Source of the DNA: Podarcis cretensis
Taxonomy: Eukaryota
Reading direction: 5' to 3'
NCBI GenBank assembly: GCA_951804945.1
Contig: OX638164.1
Location: forward strand, 17,422,001 to 17,486,000
DNA length: 64,000 nucleotides
In this document: positions 12,865 to 25,746 of the stretch, in pieces
Position numbering within the stretch: the first letter of the stretch is position 1
Layout of the letters: each line of letters opens with the position of its first letter
The notes under the pieces: generated by a model
What the model was told of the DNA's origin: nothing
What the model saw: only the letters and a program-made list of their open reading frames with translations
Database searches by the model: none
Position numbers and translations under genes: made by a program

Positions 12865-12998
12865 CTGTGTTGTTTGTTTGAAATTATCATGGATCACACC
12901 TTCCTCAGTTAGAACAGGCACAAATCTGGCATCCATACTGTATAAAACAGCTTCTTTCCACCAGCCCAAATTCCCTGGCCATAAAGTTCTAGAATGCA
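12865..12998 (-). repeat. Right arm of diverged inverted repeat (partner 11718-11850)
   Basis: Same shared blocks as the left arm, read on the minus strand. Confidence 0.85.
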
Positions 12999-14510
12999 CA
13001 GTTCATCGGACGAAATGGAGACAGTCCAACATCTCATTTTATGTTGTTTTGAGCTGTTCTGTGTACGGTCCAAGCTCACCACCACCCACCTTCCAGCTCC
13101 AATTCTACTTGTAGCAGGAGATCCGTGTATGTTTCCTGACAGGATACTGTGGTTCACCAGGAAGTGCTCAGGGTTCTCACATGCTCTGCCAATCCCTTTC
13201 TTCCCACCTGAGACTCAGGTGTGCATGAAGATGAGGTGGTAGTTGCATTCACACGACTCTTCACTTTCCGTGCACCAGCCAGAGAACTCACCCCAGTGCA
13301 TAGAACTGATTTCCCTGCCCAAACTCGTTTGAAGAGAGCTAAAGATGAAGGAACTGACTCTGTGAATGTTGGCCAGAGCATTTTCTTAAGCGATACAAGG
13401 AAAGAATCAATCCTCTGCCGCTGGGTAATGTGGCAGGGGGAACCAGAACTGGCAAACCACAACTGTCACGGATGAAATTTCATTCAGCAGGCAGAGACAA
13501 AAGTCAACCACATATCAGTGGGGCAACAATATAATCCTGAAATGGATGGAACGAGGTTGGAGGGGACAGAAGCATATCTTCCCCAGATCCCTCTTGTTTT
13601 TCTGAACCTCCATTTGCAATTATTCCATAGTCTACTGTATTACTACTTTTACTGACATGTTGTGACATAAACAGTGGCCAGGAAAATGGCTTCTTGCCTG
13701 CTGCTAGTCTCAGTGCCAAATCACCAAATAGGCAGAGTAGGCACTAGCCTATGGGCCCCACACCTTCTAGGGCCTCTTGCTCGCCTTTCCTCTGAACTGA
13801 AACTCAAGAGAGCCTCTCGCTGCTTCTTTCACTGGCTAGCTCTGCTTCCCCTTGCCGACGATAACAGATGCTCATGTACCAACCAGATACAGAGCAAATC
13901 CTCCTCACCCTTGTGCCCCCCAGCTGCTGGGTCTCTTTGCAGGCGAGGAAGTTCACGAGCAACCACCCCATGGTCTGTGGGGTGGCAGAAGGAACAGGGG
14001 ATTAAGCCAGCTTTTCGGGCCAGGCCAAGAGATCTCTCTTGGCTGTTCTACCTGAGCTGCTGGCATCAGCAGAAAGCTAATCGCAGCCAAGATAGGGCCC
14101 CATAATGAGAAAAGCGCCAACGCAGAGATGATCTTTGGAACTCTTAATTAAGTTTACTAGTTTGGAAGAACAAATCTGGTAATTGGACAAGATTGAAAAG
14201 AAAGGGGCACGGAGGGTGAGAGAAGAAAGACAAGCACCAGAGTGGTACTTAAAAAATGGTGTGGAGAAAAATCCTTTCCTGCTTCAAATATCCCCCCTCC
14301 AATTAATTTTTATTGACTGCTTCTAACTTTTAAAGTAGAGGGCCAGGCTCTCTTTCATAGCTCAGCAACGCAGAGTCTGACAATCAGAAAGGACTCTATT
14401 TTAGGGGCCTATTATAATGAGAGACGATCCATAGTTTCTCTACTCCTCCTTCACAATACCAGTATAGTATATAGTCCTGGTTCCTCATCTCAATAAAGGA
14501 TATAGTAGAG

Positions 14511-14751
14511 CAGGCATGTCCAACAGGTCGATCGCGATCTACCGGTTGATCGCGGGGCATCCCTGGTCGATCCTGGTCAATCGCGTGATCCTGATTGATA
14601 TCCTCCCACCTCCAAAAACAGAAAAAACCCAACAACTTTGCCTCTCTCCCAAAAAACTCAATGCAATGGGTCAATGCAATGGGTAGATTACTGCCAGGTT
14701 TTTTTTTATAGTAGGAGTATATCGCAGTCTCTTGGAAGTTGGACATGCCTG
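14511..14751. mobile_element. hAT (Charlie-type) MITE
   Basis: Perfect 14-bp TIR CAGGCATGTCCAAC / GTTGGACATGCCTG and perfect 8-bp TSD TAGTAGAG. Confidence 0.93.
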
Positions 14752-14784
14752 TAGTAGAGCAAGAAGGGGCCAACCAACCATCAA

Positions 14785-15085
14785 GGGGGATAGACCAAAG
14801 TTACAATCCTAGAGTATATTTAGGGGTTTTTTGAAGGGGGGAGGTGGATAAGAAAGGGGAGATGCATGGTACAGAGAAAGTGGAAATAGGTTTTTCTCAC
14901 TTTCTCACAATACTAATCTTGGGACCATCCGGTGAAATAGATTTGCAGGAGATTCAGCATGTTTTCCCACCCAACGCACAATTCAAGGATTCGCTACCTG
15001 ATGATGGGAGTGGTGATCTGCCTGCTTAAGTGGCCTTAAAAGGGGATGAAAATTCATGGAGGAGAAGATTGTTAATGGCTGCTGG
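14785..15085 (+). mobile_element. Old CR1 3' fragment
   Basis: Degenerate ...atgcatgg..gagaaagtgga..tttttctc..tctcacaatacta...aaattcatggagga... typical of older CR1 lineages. Confidence 0.55.
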
Positions 15086-15289
15086 TCACAATGACTAAAT
15101 TCAGCTTCCAGACTCCATCCTTTGGAGTAAAGGAGGGCATGGAGATCAACACTTTGCAGCAGTTTGGTGGTCACATTGGGGATTTTTCAATGGCCTCCCC
15201 CCACCCCCAGCACAGACAACTCACAGCTTATTCCTAAAAAGTTCATCCTTGAGAACCCTCTTCATAATTCATTTACAGAACAATTCTAA

Positions 15290-15485
15290 GCATGTGTGGT
15301 GTAGCAGTTAAAGTGTCAAACAAAGAACTGGGTGACCAGGGTTCAAATCCCCACTCGGGGTAACTTGGACCAGTCCCTGCCTCTCAGCCTAATGTACCTT
15401 GCAGGGTTGTTGTGGGGATTAAATGCAGAGGAGAACTATGGTACATCACCTTGAACTCCTTGGAGGAAGAGCAGGATACAAATGG
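15290..15485 (+). mobile_element. Squam3/MIR-like tRNA-derived SINE
   Basis: gtggtgtag.gtta..gtgt...gaccagggttcaaatccccactc...ctctcagccta..tacct..cagggttgttgtggggattaaat...ccttgaactccttggagga. Confidence 0.7.
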
Positions 15486-16761
15486 AATTTAAAAATAACA
15501 ACTCAATACAGTAATACTTGGAAGTATATGGCATGGCATCGAAAGGGTTCCCTTCCTATTAAGTGTGCATAGGCTCACAGCCTCTAGCCCACCCTAGTTC
15601 ACAGCTCTGAGGTGGGGCAGTTGTATTAAGCTAAAACATACATATGGCGTGTCCCAGTTAAGGCTGCAAGCAAATCCTAAACCATGGTTCATACTTCAAA
15701 ATAAGCTTGCATAGGATTGGGCCAAACTGGATATAATACAGGAATCCATTACAAGAACCTCTCACTTAAAATAAGTTAGAAGCAGCCAGGAAAGAGAAGG
15801 GAGTAGATGAAACAAATAATTTTTTATTTTGAATATCTGAACTGTGTCTAGTTTGTACCTTGGAGCCTCACCCCTTGTGGCCAAGTTGTAGAACTGCTTT
15901 GGAGGAAGATAGCCATCTCCATGTGACACTTGTGATGAAGAAGCTGCTCGTATCGCTCAGACACCCAACGCCTCTTTGTAAACTGTGATGTTACACTCAT
16001 CATCTCCAACCACCTCAGCCGAGATGCTTATTAATAGCAAGGACACGTCTGCATCCTGACAGCACCTTTCATCATCTCGCCTGGCGAGTGACACCATCCT
16101 TCTCAGCGACTTGAAATGGTTTGCTGACCCAGTCCTCAGAAATTGACTCCCTTGCAAACTGATCCTATACATCGTCAATCCAGGACGTGGTTTTGACAAA
16201 CTCCAGGTAAAAGACACACGACCCTACACTGCTAAGATTGCCCTTCACATTAGCAACTAATCAGGCGAGCAGACAGCAGCACTCTGAGATGAATGGGGCT
16301 GCCAGCACCTTTTGCGACAGAAGCTTCTGCATCTTGGGAAATGACCTTGGATCATGTGGTCGCTGTGCTTTTGGCAGAGGCTGAAGTTCCCTCCATCACA
16401 CCCCCAACCCAGATGGTGCAGATTAATGAGATTATTGTGTGTGGAACACTCTGAACAGTTGAGATGCACCAAGTATTAATGCTGCCATTCTGTGCATTGG
16501 ATAGGAGCTGCTTCTGTTCAGCTGGCACCTTTTGAGAGGCCCAGCTGCCATGAGTCTGTCTCCACCCTCTTCCCTGTCCTGTCTTCTATACCAAACTCTG
16601 CACCATTCCTTTCTTCTCTTCCACCCTTCCTCAAGGTTGAGTTTGTTATCGTATCTTAGGGCTCCTCCAAATGCCATTTATGCCGCATTCATCCTGGTTT
16701 GCTGCACAAAGCTTGTGCTGTGGTTAGATTACGTCCGCTTTTTGTTGGACATTTGCTCCGA

Positions 16762-16797
16762 TTTGTGTTTGTGTTTGTGTGTGTGTGTGTGTGTGTG
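16762..16797. repeat. (GT)n microsatellite
   Basis: Direct observation. Confidence 0.9.
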
Positions 16798-17144
16798 ATA
16801 GGACAATGATGGGAGGTTACAATACAATGAGCATCCATCCTGATTTTTGCTTGCAGGGTGTTTACATGTCATCCCATTTATCATTCGTTCACCTCTCATC
16901 ACCTTCCAAACAGTAAGAAGTCAGTACTTTTTAAAAACAAAACAAACAAAACAAAGTTTCTTTATTCTGCTAGGGCAACGGAGCACTTAAACTGCACAAA
17001 CCTAGTGTTAGATGCTTGAATCCCTCCCACAAAATACTGAGTCTGGAGGCACCCATAGAGAGGTGTGTTGTGTGGCTATGAAGGTACAAAGTTAACAGCA
17101 TTGCTTGGGGGCATTTTTTAAAAAGATGCTGTACTTTCGAAGTA

Positions 17145-17462
17145 GGGACGCGGGTGGCGCTGTGGGTTAAACCACAGAGCCTAGGACTTGCCGATCAGAA
17201 GGTCGGCGGTTCGAATCCCTGCGACGGGGTGAGCTCCCGTTGCTTGGTCCCTGCTCCTGCCAACCTAGCAGTTCGAAAGCACATCAAAGTGCAAGTAGAT
17301 AAACAGCGTTTCCGTGTGCTGCTCTGGTTTGCTAGAAGTGGCTGTTATGCTGGCCACATGGCCCGGAAGCTGAACGCCAGCTCCCTCGTCCAATAAAGCG
17401 AGATAAACACCGCAACCCGAGTCGGCCATGACTGGACCTAATGGTCAGGGGTCCCTTTACCT
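17145..17462 (+). mobile_element. Sauria SINE with internal deletions
   Basis: GGGACGCGGGTGGCGCTGTGGGTTAAACC head, B-box GGTTCGAATCC, ACCTT tail; TACTTTC(G/A)AAGTA target-site duplication. Confidence 0.92.
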
Positions 17463-17776
17463 TACTTTCAAAGTAGGCACTGGGCAGGAGTCGTCTATGA
17501 GTATATATCAAAGGAATTTGCATATCAAAGGAATCAGCATAGATTTCCTTCGCAGTTGTTTTTAAAATAACAAATACCAAACAGCTTGCTTGTGTGCAGG
17601 AACCAGGAGTGGGTTTTTGTGTGCCAGGGCTGCTGGTTCAGGTCCAGTACTGGAAGAAAGTTCCTGGGCTGAGCATGTGCTTAGAAGTGCCCTGACTTCC
17701 AAGAAGCTACCCTGTTCCCTCTCCTGCCACCATTTTGTACCTGACTCTAGTTAAAGAGTATTTTGGGGTTCTAAAG

Positions 17777-17912
17777 CAGGCATAGGCAAACTTGGCCCTC
17801 CAGATGTTTTGGGATTACAATTCCCATGATCCCTAGCTAACAGGACCAGTGGTCAGGGATGATGGGAATTGTAGTCCCAAAACATCTGGAGGGCTGAGTT
17901 TGCCTTTTCCTG
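17777..17912. mobile_element. Palindromic hAT MITE
   Basis: Nearly whole-element hairpin (CAGGCATAGGCAAACT...GTTTGCCTTTTCCTG) and perfect 8-bp TSD TTCTAAAG. Confidence 0.9.
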
Positions 17913-20900
17913 TTCTAAAGGAACCACCACCAAGTAGATCTTGCAAGCCTTAAGTCTTCCCACCCCAGTTGTACTGAATGTACTGAAAATAGGACAGAGA
18001 TGACTCTAGTGGAAGAGCAACCTGGGGGCAAAGAAGACTTCATGCAGACAATTCCTTGTGGGTTTTCGTGAACAGCTCTAAACATGGCTTATGTCCCAAT
18101 GGAAAGAAACAAATGCAAATATTAGTAGTGATTCCTTGCTCACAGATGCATTTGAAACTGTCTATGTAACTATAAGCAACACTTCACAGCTATCACTGTT
18201 TGGGAGATGAACTTCTTAAGGCTACGAAGGTCCCTTCTCTTTGTTGTGTTCCAGAAGATTCTTGGGGACAGCCTGCCCTTGTGAATGATCTTTGGTGCAA
18301 ACACAGAGGGAACTGTTGCCCCCTTTAATGACCTTCTGGAAGCTGGTGAAAATCTTCCATATTAATGTGGCTTCTTGGTCACAGATTGGGTTTAATCCAT
18401 TGCTCTTAGGGTTGCCACCCCACCCATTGTAATATTTATGTAATTTGCATTTTAAAATTGTTAAATTATGGTTTGCTTTCCAAAGTGAAGACAGGGCACA
18501 GAGATGGGCTGTTTCGCATCCCTTTCCTATCTATTTCCACCCTCCTGGGGGAAGTCCATAATATTCAATATTTGCAGCAGTTTCCCACATCTATTGTGGA
18601 AATATCTAAAGCCCACCCAAATCATTCAAATGTGAATGCACAGGTAGTAAGAATGCCCACACTGCTCCCGTTTCTTTCTTTCTTTCTTTCTTTCTTTCTT
18701 TTTTTTTGCCAAGCTGACTTGGCAGTGAGATTGGGGTTCAAAGAATACACCCTCTCTCTCTCTCCTCTCTATATATGCTGGAACAGGAAAGAGTGCACAA
18801 AGGGGGTAAACCAGGAGAGAGGAGGAACTGAGAAATGAGACTGCAGAGACAGATTTCAGGAGGGAAACTGAGAAAGCAGGGGTGATGGCTCCATATACCT
18901 TTGGTGATAGAGAGTTGGGAGAGTGAAAAGGGGGGATAGCAGTGAAAGTGGAGACCTGCAGTGCCAACAGAATGAAGACGGCTCACTACAAAGCAGAGAG
19001 CAAAAAAGGGAGAATTAGAGGATGGGTTAAACACACACTTAAAATTGTAACTAATTCTGCAGAGTACTGAGCGGCTGGGGGCCTTAAGCACTCAAAATAA
19101 TGCATCTCCAAAGCTTTTAAGAGAGCAATTGCACCCTCCAGTGGTTATTATGGGTAAAGCTGCAATATTTTTTCTCCTTGTGCGGTTTGCATGCTGGAAG
19201 TGATCTTCCCTTCCAGGATTTGCTTCCTACGGCTATCACTAATCTTACATGTTGTGTGAAATCTATTGTGTCAAGCAAGGCCTTACACTGCCCTATTGCG
19301 TCAGGTTTCCAAACAGTCCACTTGCAGCCTACCAAGTGCTTTCCCCATCAAATCCTCTTTTAGACAGTTATCCAAAGAAAACAACCAGTTGCTAATACGC
19401 AGAGAGCATGAGACTATTAATCTCAGGCTTGTGGGTTTAAGGCCCACAGTGGGTGAAAGATTCCTGCACTAGATGACCCTTGTAGTCCCTTTTCAACTCT
19501 ACAATTCTATGAAATCCTTATGAAATATACTGTAGTTTGGCAGGAAGCTAAAGGCGATGGTGAATTTGATGTCCCAGAATCTAGTGCTAACTATCTAAAT
19601 CACTCTTGGAGTAAGATGGTCATGCCTTGGGTCCATTGATTTCAATTGGAACATGACTTACTTGGATACCACCCAGTGCATTTCATGGCCCGTTTGAATG
19701 GTCCAGTGTGCTACAGTGGGAAACAATAGAATACCAACAGCTAGAGGCAAACTGATTTGCCTCTGCATCCAATGTTTCCCTTTCTAGAGACAAGCAATTA
19801 TCTTCATATGAAATTCCCTAGATCAGCAATGGGGTGCGCATTGGGACATTATACAAAGAAAGGGTGCAAACATTAAGGAGGTGGGCCGCAAGAAAGAGTT
19901 CTGGGCAAAAGGGTTCTCTGCATCAAATCAAATGAAGGGTTGAAGGACAAGGCAACATAAACCCCCTCGCTTGTTTCACTTGGGTTTCTTTTTCCAACAA
20001 AAATGAATGCATACTCGTGCAAATTCTGCCCTTAGTTTCACTACTCTTCCTCTGTTGTCTTCCAAAGCACTGAATTCTGGATTGTAAGCTTTTCAAGGTG
20101 GCAACCTGCCGTCTTTCACCTTGCAAACCACCAGATTCATTGATAGCTATATAGACTTATTGCCACTTGCACTGACATTTTCAGTGTGTGCTGAATTAAA
20201 TTGTTACCCAGAGTATATCCCTGGCTCTTGGAATTGTAAACCAGATGGGACCATGTGAGGATTGGAGAGGAGGCTTGGGTGGCCACTTTGTGATCTTTGC
20301 GAAGGAAAAGAGACAAGTGTGAATACTGTACATCGTAAGCCAGTCACTGCCCAGTGAGGATTTGGCTGTTTGCTCCCAATACGTACCTCCCACCAAAGAG
20401 TGCTTCATTGCCAGAGCCACCTGCTGCACACTGGGAAGTAGTGCTATTTTTAAAGCCTTCCTGGATGAAAACAAGGATTGATGGGATTATTTAATGCTCT
20501 TCTATTAAAGAACCCCCTTGAAGGTCAAACTTACTTGAGCAGGAATAAAAACACACACTGCACATGATCAACAGCTTCTCAGCGTGAGAATTCTTGCCAA
20601 GGTGGTGAGGAAAAATATGGACGTTTCAGAGTTACGCACTTCCGAGCAAGAAGCTGCCAGACTGGCTGCTTGCTCACAAGTAGCCACACCAGAAACCAGC
20701 CAGGACAGGATGCAGGCAGGTAAGGGTTGGGCTGATAAAAGGCCACAAACCTTTAAGGCTCCTCCTGAAGGCTTCTGAGCATCAGAGGCTATCATGGCCA
20801 GGCAGAAGGATGCATAGGAGAAGCTTAAAGCAGGCAATGGTTTCCTTGGAGGATGAAGTTACCTGTCAGGGAGTGGTAGTCTGGGCAAAGTACACCCCCC

Positions 20901-21242
20901 CCCCCCATAAACAGGGCCTCTCTATTCTGGCAGGAAGACAGAGTGCAACCTGCTCTGGAAGGAGCAGCTTCCCTAAACACTGAAGGCTCTTTTCTAAGGT
21001 CACTGAGGCTACAGGTACATGACAGAGGCTACTCAACCATCTACCAGCACTGGCTTTGCAGCATACCTGCATTATCTGCCATGGACTTCTGAGTGCCACT
21101 CGAACTGCAGGTCTCCACAACTGACCCCCATCCCCACCAATGGAGTGACAAACACACAGACACTACCAAGTAGGTTTTAACCTGGCTTCATTAATTGTTG
21201 AGTTGTACATCTGACTTTTGTGGGACTGTTAGGTTTGTTTGT

Positions 21243-21248
21243 TTTAAT
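21243..21248 (-). terminator. Candidate poly(A) signal ATTAAA for ARHGAP32
   Basis: tttaat on plus strand, just downstream (minus sense) of a U-rich CPE/Pumilio-element block. Confidence 0.55.
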
Positions 21249-21335
21249 AGCACAAGACACCTCAACTCTTGATCATAGCATTACAGTACAAATTAAAAAT
21301 TAAAAAATAAAAATAAACCGAGCACACCCGCCCCT

Positions 21336-21342
21336 TAACAGT
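21336..21342 (-). promoter_or_regulatory. miR-132/212 seed match (7mer-A1, ACTGTTA) in distal 3'UTR
   Basis: taacagt on plus; p250GAP/ARHGAP32 is an established miR-132 target in mammals. Confidence 0.55.
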
Positions 21343-21364
21343 GTGGAGAAAATGAGAATCTAAG

Positions 21365-21405
21365 TATTTACAAGGAATGGGTGGGAGTGCCACAAAATAT
21401 TTACA
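21365..21405 (-). promoter_or_regulatory. Two Pumilio response elements (UGUAAAUA)
   Basis: tatttaca at 21365-21372 and 21398-21405 on plus. Confidence 0.55.
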
Positions 21406-24400
21406 TGAAAGAGCATGAGTTCATCGGCATATACATTTTACACCAGTTTTCACACACAAAAGTGTAAAAAGAAGAAGAGAGAATAAAAAATAAGACACTA
21501 TATAAATTAAAGAGAAGAGAACACTTGGAGATCACCCAAGACTTCCCTGGGATGGTTCTCTCATGTGGCTCAAAAATGACTCAAGTTTTCCACAGCAGGA
21601 AAATAAACGGCACAACAACCATTTCTTGTTCGTTTTGCACTGGAACTACGCACTAGAAAACTTACTGAAGACACTGAAGTTACTGAGCACATGTTAAACT
21701 CTTCCATGCCCATCGCCTCAGTTTCCGTAGCACAAGGGTCTGGAGAAAATGTCATGCCGAAGCCACCTTTAGAAAGGAAAACAGAAACCCAGAACCTACC
21801 ACTCTGTTCCCCGACATATAATGTCACACTGCAGTCAGTCAACACTTTGTCATCAACGTACCTAAGGAGGTGAACTGGGGCTGGGGTGGGGGGAGAGTAT
21901 GCAAGGGCCCAAAACTCGCTCTTCCGAAAGGGATCAGAGTTCAAAGTGGGTTTTGGCTTTGTGTGGCAATTTCTGCCACGGATGTGCAATTCTTGATGAG
22001 ACCCCCCCCCCTCTGAGGAATAAGCCCCTGCCCTGGTTTTGTCTGCAAAGACATAGGCACAATGTTTTCACTGTCCTCTGCATAAAATGTTAACCTGATT
22101 TTGAGGGGAGTGTGGCTGGCAGCTGCTGCCTCTGCACAACTACCTGGCTGGACAGGACAAGGAGATGTCTGGGCCAAGAGTGGAGCTGTGTGAGGTGGGA
22201 CACTGGGGGTGGGGGGTACAGTAGACGCAGAAGCGAGGACAGCAAGAGGAAGAACTTAACAGAGGAGCAGAAGGAAACAGGTGCAGACTGGGGAGTAAGC
22301 AGGGTTAAGGAAGGAAGAGGAAGGTGAGAAGTACCTGCTAGATCTGTTCAAGGTGCCTATCATGAGCAGGACCCGATTCCCCTCTGAACAGACAGGGAAA
22401 CTCAGGAGTTAAGACGCATGCACCCTAACTGCGAGGGAATTCAAATCTGGATATCCAACGGTGGGAAAAAAGCAAGCTCCGCTGAAAGTTCAGCAAATGG
22501 CAATTTAGGTAAAGGCAGTGAGTGACAAAAACGAGCAAGAACCTGCCAGGTGAGGCCAAAGGTCAGGTGAGAAAGGGCTGGAATTTATGGCTGATTTAAG
22601 TTGAATTCCTCATTTAGCCTGTCTTCCCTTGCAGGCATTCCTCTGCTCTTCCACTGGTATGAGAGGTTACCTGACCACTTCCTTCCCGCTTGCTATTCCC
22701 TCTGTGGTGAGAGCAGAGCTGTGGTTGGGTTCAAAGACACAGAAACATGGAATGGGGCAAGAGACTTTTCTCTAATGGTTAGAGAGTCCCAAAATTAACC
22801 ACAGCACATGAGAAGGACTGCATAGTTAATTTTATGGCTTTCTTAGGTGAGGGGAAGAGGGTTTTGTTTTGTTTTTTAAAGGTACCAGCTACTCAAGTGG
22901 CAAAAATGTACAGGGAAAGAGGGCGATTGTCACTGCTCCTTCAAGCTTAGGAAACAGTTCCGAATTTAATCGCTTCCTTTTACACTCATGGCTGTACTGC
23001 CACACCACTGCACAACACTTTCTGGACCAACAGCCTCCAAGTCATGTTGGTGATTAGACACAAACAGAGCCAAGTAAAGTGGATTAAGCGAGGGGTGATA
23101 AAATTCAATGCCATGATTTTGAAACTGCTCTGACAAAATGGTCTGGCTAAGGGGACTCAAGTATGCTGTTTAAGCACCGTTATGGGAATTACAGAAAGTG
23201 GTAGAATTCAAAATCTGACCTGTGTGGGCACTTTATCTCTACAGGGGGATGAGATTTGTGAGCTGAGGGAAATTTCAGTGTTTGCTTAGGGCTGCCACAA
23301 TGTATTATGATTTACAGGAAGTTGGCTTGGTCCTGATCTTACCTGGAGGGCAGATAATGTAAGGCTGATATATGGAGAGGATACAAGGAAAATTAAGGCT
23401 TTCATGAAGACAGAGGCTTGTCCTGTAGCCCTCGCTACCTGAACCTCAAAATATTCTCAACATAATGGGATGTGCCTGCTGGAACTCTGGACAGAACCTC
23501 AATAGAGAGCAACACAGCCATTGCAAGAGGCTGAAGAACTTTACATGGCTGGATGCCAAAATCAAATGGACCTCGGGGGAAGTCTGTGCAGGCCACGGCA
23601 AGGCTTCTTCTGCTAGTCTGCACAAAGGAGGACAGCTAATTTGATCGCTTGTAGAAAGCAAAGCAAGCTTGCTCCATACAACTGCCAAACTGGAATGGTC
23701 CTATTTAGAGATTTCTCCTTTCAACTGCGAAACAAAAAATGTTGAACTTCCTTACCAGGGCAGGGGGTGGAGGCTGAGGTAAACCTGGTTCACAGTGAGT
23801 TTTCTGGCCACTAAATTTATATTTAACACAGTCAGGAGCAATGCCCCTAAAATAAGAATTACCAAATCATGAAAATAATCAAAACCAAGAGAGACGAGCT
23901 ATTCTTATTGTAACAACCCCAGACAAAGTTGGGAAATCCAAAGAACAAAATGGCAAGCTGTCTTTGAGAAGTGCTTTGTGCCCTGTAAAATATTTCTCTT
24001 ATCATTTTAAAGATGGAATGCTGTTGGACAAAAACATCAGTTCCAAGGTGGTTTGATCCAATTCCTTTCTTCTGGTGCTAGTGGAAAGTGTCTAGGGCAG
24101 AGAGATGCCCCAGCTGGATACTTCTTGTAGACTTCAGCCCTGCTACAGAGTTTTGTCGTTCAAGACCAAGAAAACACACTCCACTTTGGGCTGGGCTCTG
24201 GACATTCTGCATCTCATTTCAAGTTCGTAAAAACCAAGCAAAACCCACCGCGTCTTGCCTACTGAAATGTCACGTGTTTCCATGGTGGCTGCATGGCAAG
24301 AGCCTTCATTGCTCTGACTCTTACAAGGTGAAGTGGGAATCCTGAGGCATCTATTGGTTCCTGTTCCATCAAGGACAACATGTTTAAAAAGCACTGCATA

Positions 24401-25746
24401 TTTATATAACTTCACTAGAAAAGCAAACTAATACGCCATCTTGCTTCCACGGGGATCTTTTTTAAAAAACAAAACAAAACATGGGAGATCACAATGCACT
24501 GATGCATCAACGGCAGCATGGGGAGAATCAGCAGTCTAAATTCACAGAGTGGTTTGCCTTACTGACATGATGAGGGAGGTGCATATGGTGGAGGACTTGG
24601 TCACTAAATCCACACTTACATGCCCAGGCCCTTGTCACGACTCATAGAGAACCAGCAATGATCAGGGAACCGCCAGGCAGAACTACAGATTTACTTTGTT
24701 AACTGATGATGGAATGATATGTAGCAGGGAGGTTAAACAGCTTATCTCTCGCAGGCCTGCCTTGTTGAAATTCCTGGGCGGTGGGCCAGAGCCCAACTCT
24801 TCTGCCACTTCACCATTTCAGTTAGACTCACCCAGCAGAAAGGGTCTGCTATAGGAAACGCACTTGCTGTAAGAAGCTAAGAAATGCAGCTCTCGCTTAT
24901 CAAACCAAAGCACCATTTACAACAGTATCAATGCTGAGTTTCTCTCTCCCCAGACCCCCACCCTGGATTTCTCAATATTTGATGAAGTAGTTCATTTTGT
25001 GTTTTTTTACCTTTTAAGAAAAAAGAATTTACCTGGGCAACACTTCTTTCCCAGCTACCAGTAGGGTCACATCTTACTGCTATCAATGGACATATTTCTT
25101 ATTAGGTTGGGTCTAAGAAGCACTGGAAGAACATTTTAGCAGAAAGGTACCATTGCTTAAAAAATAAAATAAAATCTGGGATTGCAGAAGGGAAGAAATA
25201 ATGCGAAATAGTCTTTTCCCAGAGTTTGGTGAATTAAGCCTAAAAGAACCAAATTAAAATATTTACTAAATCTTGCCATTCAATAAATCTCTCTAGTGAT
25301 CACATACAAGGGAAGTTTACCTGGAGAAGAAATGTCTGCATCATCCTATCAATACATACATCATGCACAGGGCTCTGAAGCAAAGTGTCAAAGCTATGGG
25401 AAATGCCACTGTTCAAAATCTAAGGAAAGTGAGAACCATTTACAGCATGACCCCTGAATCTCAATCTCTGTTTCTGCTCTGCCTGGAGACTGATTTTTGT
25501 CTTCGAGGTTAACAAAAGCCTGCAAGACTGCTGCAACCTACTTTTTAGACCATGTGAGATAAAACTATACATTTACGATATAAAAACAGTAAGCGGCATG
25601 GGGGCTGGAGGGGAGGGAGCTGAGGGGGCGCTAATGGAGAGGGAGTTGCTTCGATGGGGTACTTTGTGTGTGTGTATCACTGAAAAAATAAACCAGTCCA
25701 CTGTCCAGCAGAGGCTGCTTACACTCTATACCTTCTGCCCCGGAGC

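Larger units (their letters stand above)
21225..25746 (-). other. ARHGAP32: Putative ARHGAP32 3'UTR (~4.5 kb)
   Basis: Runs from the stop codon to an ATTAAA; no recognisable TE insertions; U-rich distal end with TGTAAATA motifs. The 3' end is inferred. Confidence 0.6.

Noticed and set aside
12643-12999. RFVPVLTEEG resembles the Kir-channel RF.PV motif; KCNJ5 neighbours ARHGAP32 in mammals
   Set aside because: No flanking Kir motifs (SSY..EILWGH, VDY..F) and no KCNJ exon found anywhere in 1-21 kb
21224-21231. Perfect miR-132 8mer GACTGTTA
   Set aside because: On the plus strand, antisense to ARHGAP32, with no supported plus-strand transcript
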